This document shows positions 15,529 to 20,000 of a stretch of DNA of 20,000 nt, piece after piece; position 1 is the first letter of the stretch, and the number at the start of each line of letters is the position of its first letter. The notes under the pieces were generated by a model. The model saw nothing but the letters and a program-made list of their open reading frames with translations. It was not told the origin of the DNA and did not search any database. The DNA comes from an uncultured virus (IMG/VR IMGVR_UViG_3300046524_000574) (taxonomy: Duplodnaviria; Heunggongvirae; Uroviricota; Caudoviricetes). The position numbers and the translations under genes are program-made. Location: IMG/VR virus record IMGVR_UViG_3300046524_000574. One strand, given 5' to 3'.

Positions 15529-16068
15529 CTACATGTGAAGTTCTTCGCGAGTCACCTCGCCGCTCTCCACCCTGTCCGCGCAGTTGCCACACAGGCCATC
15601 CCAGCCATCGCCGTCGAGCTGGGCACCGCATTCATCGCAGTGCTCTTCGTTGCCGCCGTTACGCTCGATTTCGCTGAGCGCCCAGTGCCAGTACGCCGTG
15701 GGCGGAAGGCCCTTGGCGTCACGAAGCGGCCAGTTCGAGCGCGGATACGTCGGATGCTCTCCATCAGCGTTTCCATTCGCCCAGCGCTGGACGAGCCGGT
15801 CGATTTCTTCGGCCACATCCTCTGCAGAGCGGCGTGCGATGTCGAGCAGCCACGTCTGCTGTGCTGCCGTGAGCGGCAGGTATGTTTTGAGCCGCGAACG
15901 ACTGGACTTCACGAGACCGGTTTCCTGGTCCGAGAGTTCGTCGCGCGCAGCGAGACATACGTGAACCGCTGCACGCAACGTGTTGTGCTTGCGAAGCTGT
16001 GCTTTGGTCAGCGCATCACGGTTTTTCTGCACTTCGGCGTCGGTCAGCTGCTTGTCGTTGTGTGCCAT
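15529..16068 (-). CDS. Hypothetical protein with GEHP-YPR-W...YW-W motif and C-terminal CxxC-CxxC zinc ribbon
   Basis: YLPLTAAQQTWLLDIA, GEHPTYPRSNWPL...YWHWAL, CDEC...CGNC. Confidence 0.8.
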   Translation of the reverse strand: MAHNDKQLTDAEVQKNRDALTKAQLRKHNTLRAAVHVCLAARDELSDQETGLVKSSRSRLKTYLPLTAAQQTWLLDIARRSAEDVAEEIDRLVQRWANGNADGEHPTYPRSNWPLRDAKGLPPTAYWHWALSEIERNGGNEEHCDECGAQLDGDGWDGLCGNCADRVESGEVTREELHM

Positions 16069-16087
16069 TTTTCTATCCTCAGGGTTG

Positions 16088-16723
16088 TCATTCGAAATAA
16101 AAACGGGGCGTCGTCAGCGCGATGAAGCAGGTCTGGTCCGCGAGGTCCCCTACCTGTTCCTTCTTTGCGGTATTCACGTACTCGATGACCCCGAAACCGC
16201 GGGCCACCAGAATGTCGCGGTACGCGCGTGCGATATTTACCTTCAGCAGTTCCTTGGCTGGGTCACCCTTGAGCACGCTCACGAGCTGCCAGTCCCGGTC
16301 CTGCTCCAGCTTGTCGAGACAGGCTTGCGAGCTCGCGTGGCCGGTTTCGGCTGCATACCGAGCGAGCAGCTCGGGGCACTCAGTGAGCACCACCTTGCCG
16401 ATGTCGTATGCAAGCGCGAAGTAGTCCGTGCCAAACAGGCCCACCCAGTAGTGATGCACCGGGTGTGTCAGGCGACTTATCGGGCCCGGAAACTTCGCGA
16501 AATGCTGGTCCACCGTGTAGACGGCGCCAGCAAGCTTCACCGGAATGACCCGGCCGCCCGTGCGCTTGCCGTTACCGTTTCGCCCCGGATTTTTCAGGGC
16601 AAACTTGTTGGCGAGCGCCGGTGTCTTCGAAAAATGGGGTCCGACCATGCGGTCGATTGACGAGTTGCCCGGCGCGAACGTGTCGAAATCGACCTTCGTG
16701 CCGTGATAACCAATGATTTCCAT
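16088..16723 (-). CDS. ADP-ribosyltransferase-like protein (YHGT type, ART-PolyVal-like)
   Basis: GYHGT...F.TF, GPHFS...A..FA, GRVIPVKL, and C-terminal RGFGVIEYVN...E...TCFIAL; GGAGGT RBS. Confidence 0.7.
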   Translation of the reverse strand: MEIIGYHGTKVDFDTFAPGNSSIDRMVGPHFSKTPALANKFALKNPGRNGNGKRTGGRVIPVKLAGAVYTVDQHFAKFPGPISRLTHPVHHYWVGLFGTDYFALAYDIGKVVLTECPELLARYAAETGHASSQACLDKLEQDRDWQLVSVLKGDPAKELLKVNIARAYRDILVARGFGVIEYVNTAKKEQVGDLADQTCFIALTTPRFYFE

Positions 16724-16760
16724 ACCTACATACCTCCAGATGTGTTGTTTCCTCTGGAGT

Positions 16761-16767
16761 CGTATAG
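16761..16767 (-). promoter_or_regulatory. CTATAC(G/C) upstream motif
   Basis: CCTATACG on -, 38 nt before ATG16723; within GTCGTAT-N6-ATACGAC. Confidence 0.65.
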
Positions 16768-16886
16768 GGAAATACGACGGCCCGAACTTACCCGAAAGTT
16801 GACAAAGGCTTATTGTACGATATGCGCTGTTCGGCCGCCAGTGTGATGCTCAGGCATAACACTGATGGAGGCTACTATCACAAACG

Positions 16887-16893
16887 CTATACG
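16887..16893 (+). promoter_or_regulatory. CTATAC(G/C) upstream motif
   Basis: GCTATACG, 27 nt before ATG16920. Confidence 0.65.
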
Positions 16894-16919
16894 CTGGACC
16901 AACCATCAAGGAATTCTCC

Positions 16920-17225
16920 ATGGATGACCACATGCGTGAGCTGTACCAGAAGCTGATGCGCGAGCCGGTCTACCGTGCCCGCGCCACAAAAACCCGCAAA
17001 AAGAAGCTCGAGCAGCGTGTTTATTCGCTCATCACGGCCGTGCTGCTTTTCGGCCTGTTCGGCTCGGGCGCGGTCTGGGAGCTGCAAGGCCCCGATACGT
17101 TCTGGTTTGGGGTGGCGGCCTCGGTCGTCGCGCTCTATAGCCTCGCGGCCTTCCTGATTGACTGGCCGGTCCTCGCCATCGACCTGCGCGCGCGGGAAGC
17201 GGTCGACACCGGCTCGCGCGGCTGA
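16920..17225 (+). CDS. Small 2-TM membrane protein, paralog of 18524-18844
   Basis: Basic N-helix, two TMs, ALYSLAAFLIDWPVLAIDLRAR; AAGGA RBS. Confidence 0.78.
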   Translation: MDDHMRELYQKLMREPVYRARATKTRKKKLEQRVYSLITAVLLFGLFGSGAVWELQGPDTFWFGVAASVVALYSLAAFLIDWPVLAIDLRAREAVDTGSRG

Positions 17226-17253
17226 GCCCTCCTTGCCAGGCGCGCCGCCAATG

Positions 17254-17284
17254 AAAAAACCGCGACCCTTGTGAGGCCGCGGTT
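17254..17284 (-). terminator. Intrinsic terminator (possibly bidirectional)
   Basis: A6 then CCGCG...CGCGGTT hairpin between convergent genes. Confidence 0.6.
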
Positions 17285-17306
17285 GAGTTGCATCTTGAGT
17301 CCGAGG

Positions 17307-18395
17307 TTAAGCCGGAGCCGCCATCATTGCCTCGCGCAATGCGACAGCACGCTCCAGCTTGCCCTTGGCGAGTCTCTGGTAGTCATCCTTGTTGGTCTTC
17401 ACGTACGCATTCGCGCCCGTGGCCACGACAAAATCGCGCAGCACATCCATCGCGAGCAGGTAGTGCGACAGGTCCAGATAGTTCAGGGCGTCGGTCATGC
17501 CCAGCCATATCGAGGATGCCGGCTGCGTCAGGCTGTCTTCGAACGCGAACGCGAGATAGATGCAGAATGACAGGCCGTACTGCTCGCCCATCCCCAGCAT
17601 GAACCACGCGATGTCCGAACGACGGCCGTGGCGCTCAATCGACACATCCCAGCTGCCTTCCCAAAGCCCATACTCGGCACCCATCACGCGGTGTACGAGT
17701 GTGTTGGTGCGCGCCGTGATGCGCGCGCGCTCCGGATGGTTCACGAGCCGGTCAATCCACACTTGCGTGTCGGCGACCCGCACAAACGGATGCGTGACGG
17801 TGGTCACGAAATCGCGTGGCGCCGGCTCGAAACAGTGCGGGTCCATGCGCTGGACTTCGAACAGCGGCAGCGTCTCCGATGCGCGCGGTTCGCCGAACGC
17901 GTTGGCAAGCCTTGCCTTCAGTTCGTCCGGCCGGCACACGATTTTTCGAACGCCACGCGTTTCATGCAGGAGGTTGAACGCCACTTCCTGGTTGCCCGGC
18001 ACCTTCAGCCAGTCATCCAGGTCCACGAGATACAGGTAAGCGTGAGGACCACACCAGTCTTCGGACTTATCCAGCCACATCCCGATTTTCAGGCGAAAGG
18101 TCTCGACGGCGACATCCTGCCACGCCTTCGAGGTGCCGCGGGCACGCCAGCGCTCGACTTCCGAGGCCGCCTTCGCTTCGGCCGCAGTACCGAGTAGCTC
18201 GGTGAGCGACACGAACACGACGCCGCCCGGTTTGGCCGGCACCGGCTCAACCAGATGCACGAGCCCTTCTTTCTCGACACCCGAGAGCCCCAGTTGCGTG
18301 AGCAACTCGAGAATGCGCGCGGGTCCGGTTTCATCCGGCGCCGGCAAGTTGTAGTCATAGTGCGTTTGGCGAATCTGAAGCCAATTAGACGACAT
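17307..18395 (-). CDS. Hypothetical protein (362 aa)
   Basis: GGAGG RBS, long ORF, no motif recognised. Confidence 0.82.
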   Translation of the reverse strand: MSSNWLQIRQTHYDYNLPAPDETGPARILELLTQLGLSGVEKEGLVHLVEPVPAKPGGVVFVSLTELLGTAAEAKAASEVERWRARGTSKAWQDVAVETFRLKIGMWLDKSEDWCGPHAYLYLVDLDDWLKVPGNQEVAFNLLHETRGVRKIVCRPDELKARLANAFGEPRASETLPLFEVQRMDPHCFEPAPRDFVTTVTHPFVRVADTQVWIDRLVNHPERARITARTNTLVHRVMGAEYGLWEGSWDVSIERHGRRSDIAWFMLGMGEQYGLSFCIYLAFAFEDSLTQPASSIWLGMTDALNYLDLSHYLLAMDVLRDFVVATGANAYVKTNKDDYQRLAKGKLERAVALREAMMAAPA

Positions 18396-18427
18396 ATTTT
18401 CCTCCAGTTATTGAACGTTCCTGAAGA

Positions 18428-18434
18428 GGTATAG
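18428..18434 (-). promoter_or_regulatory. CTATAC(G/C) upstream motif
   Basis: GCTATACC on -, 33 nt before ATG18395. Confidence 0.65.
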
Positions 18435-18489
18435 CTTTCAGATGCCGGCGCGCCGCCGGCTACGCATCGGACATGACGCGGTGCCTGAG

Positions 18490-18496
18490 CTATACC
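18490..18496 (+). promoter_or_regulatory. CTATAC(G/C) upstream motif
   Basis: GCTATACC, 28 nt before ATG18524. Confidence 0.65.
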
Positions 18497-18523
18497 GATG
18501 ACTTCAATTCCAGAGGCTCAGCC

Positions 18524-18844
18524 ATGTCCGACCGCCAGGCCCGCGCGTACCGCGTGATGATGACCGATTCCTACATGCGTGAGCGTGCGCGGCGCAGTCG
18601 CACGCAGCCGCTTCGGCTACGCATGGCCAGCGTGGTGGCGAGCGCCATGGCGTTCGGTGCGCTCACGCCAGCCGTGCCGCTCGTGCTCGAGCTGCCTCTG
18701 GGTGGACTGCTCGCCGTGAGCACCGCCGCGGCCGCGCTCTACAGCCTGCAGCGATTCCTCTTCGACTCAACGGTGCTCTATATCGACCTGCGCCGGCGCG
18801 ACGCCGAGCTGCGCGACCGGGCGTTGACGGACGGCGAAGCTTAA
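18524..18844 (+). CDS. Small 2-TM membrane protein, paralog of 16920-17225
   Basis: ALYSLQRFLFDSTVLYIDLRRR; GAGG RBS before ATG18524. Confidence 0.78.
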   Translation: MSDRQARAYRVMMTDSYMRERARRSRTQPLRLRMASVVASAMAFGALTPAVPLVLELPLGGLLAVSTAAAALYSLQRFLFDSTVLYIDLRRRDAELRDRALTDGEA

Positions 18845-19218
18845 CGGTTTGCGAGAACGTATTCGCGCTTGCGACGCGCGAGATTGATGCGGGTGTCGTT
18901 GACGCTCGGGCGCCGGCGGGTCGAACTCGCGTGCCGGGCCGCGCGTTTTTTCTCGAGCATGCGTTCCCTGAGTCGCAGCCAAAGGAGTTGCTTCGCTGCG
19001 GCGGCGCTGTTGTTCTCGCGGCGCTGTGCCCGGCGAAGCGCGAGACTGGCCATTGCCACGACATAGTGTGACGAGTGATTGCCAGACGGGGTGCCGCGGC
19101 GCGCCTTGACGGCGGCACGCAGTGTCTGCCGGTCGATGCTGCGCAGGAGCCTGTGGTTGGCCACCCGGTTGATGGGCCGGTCGACGTGGCGGATGCGTTG
19201 TTCGCAGACGATGCTCAT
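18841..19218 (-). CDS. Arg-rich basic hypothetical protein (125 aa)
   Basis: AGGGAG upstream; stop overlaps the convergent gene (TTAA). Confidence 0.5.
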   Translation of the reverse strand: MSIVCEQRIRHVDRPINRVANHRLLRSIDRQTLRAAVKARRGTPSGNHSSHYVVAMASLALRRAQRRENNSAAAAKQLLWLRLRERMLEKKRAARHASSTRRRPSVNDTRINLARRKREYVLANR

Positions 19219-19830
19219 TGCGCGGTGAGCTCCCTGTTTTTCACCGACGCCCGATTCGCGCGGCGTCCCGTTCGAAGTATATGCGCACGCGCCGGCGCAA
19301 GCGGGAGCTCACCCCAGAGCGACCCGAAGCCATCTCCAAACCGGGCCGCGATTTTCCGGGTGAGACCCATTTCGGGCCCGGCGTGAATTTCCGGGGTAGC
19401 CGCGTTTCCCGCCGCAAAAAATCCCCCTAATTTCAAAAGTCAATTTACGGACAGAGTCCGGCGGACCGAAAACTTCGACTATTTTTCTATCACTTTTGCC
19501 GACGCTTTTTGGAAATGCCGGGACCCGGATAGTCCTAAAATGGTAGTGCCGATTTATGGAAATGCCAGGTCAGGCTATTCCGGAAAAGCGAAAGGCGTTA
19601 TCCAGAGAGAAGAGAGGGACGACGGTTTTTGGCTAAGCCTGATGTCCGTAAATTGACTTCTAGTATTGGGTGATTTTCTAGGCTTGGCGCGCCGTCGGCG
19701 GGCGCACGGTTATGTGAAAGTCTGTCGACGGCATCGCGTTTTCGACCGACTTCATTGGCTCTCGACAGACTTAATTGTTTCCGTCCTGCCTGTCGGGGGA
19801 CAAGAAAGTCGGTCGAGCGTACTGAGTGCG

Positions 19831-19861
19831 AAAAGCCCCGGCCGACTGTGGCACGGGGCTT
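19831..19861 (-). terminator. Probable terminator of the gene entering from the right edge
   Basis: AAGCCCCG...CGGGGCTT hairpin with an A-run on +. Confidence 0.5.
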
Positions 19862-19896
19862 GGTTGAGGCAAGCCATCAGATAGAGGCTGCTGGTA

Positions 19897-20000
19897 TTAG
19901 GCGTTGTCCTCTACAAGACGATTGATGAGCCCATCCGTCGTTTCGGACGAGCTGCCGATGTTGTGGTCCAACGGCTCAAGACGCGTTGCCCAAACATCGG
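19897..20000 (-). CDS. 3' end of a gene cut by the window edge
   Basis: Open frame ...DVWATRLEPLDHNIGSSSETTDGLINRLVEDNA* followed by a hairpin. Confidence 0.4.
   Translation of the reverse strand, partial: DVWATRLEPLDHNIGSSSETTDGLINRLVEDNA

Noticed and set aside
16726..16731. ATG-TAG mini-ORF before the ART gene
   Set aside because: The ATG abuts the Shine-Dalgarno with no spacer; it is simply the 8-nt spacer to the real start.
16799..16827. Perfect TTGACA as a sigma70 -35
   Set aside because: No acceptable -10 at 16-18 nt spacing; TACGAT is only 11 nt away.
4340..18844. Integron cassette array or CRISPR array
   Set aside because: Genes lie in both orientations with their own promoters, the hairpins lack attC R/L boxes, and there are no regularly spaced direct repeats.
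19897..20000. Resemblance of TTDGLINRL to the C-terminus of glucose-6-phosphate isomerase
   Set aside because: Only ~33 residues are visible and the match is too weak to name the gene.

Overview
GC-rich, Burkholderiales-like accessory DNA, probably from a large plasmid or other large mobile element (inference; no replication, transfer or virion genes are in the window). It holds a soluble HisKA_3 kinase with a NarL/UvrY-type regulator, two paralogous secreted Ig-repeat proteins with a shared N-terminus and different tips (fibrinogen-like versus ASH plus glycine-rich), and an M50 protease. It also holds an intact ruvB without ruvA/ruvC, an orphan PemK/MazF-like gene divergent from a Cys-His-Asp enzyme, an operon headed by an ADP-ribosyltransferase-like gene, two paralog pairs and many short hypothetical genes in terminator-bounded units. 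The strongest unexplained signal is the heptamer CTATAC(G/C), found in sense orientation 27-52 nt upstream of 13 start codons on both strands. It has no conserved -35 and never carries the T required at -7 of sigma70/RpoS -10 boxes, which suggests an element-specific promoter class.
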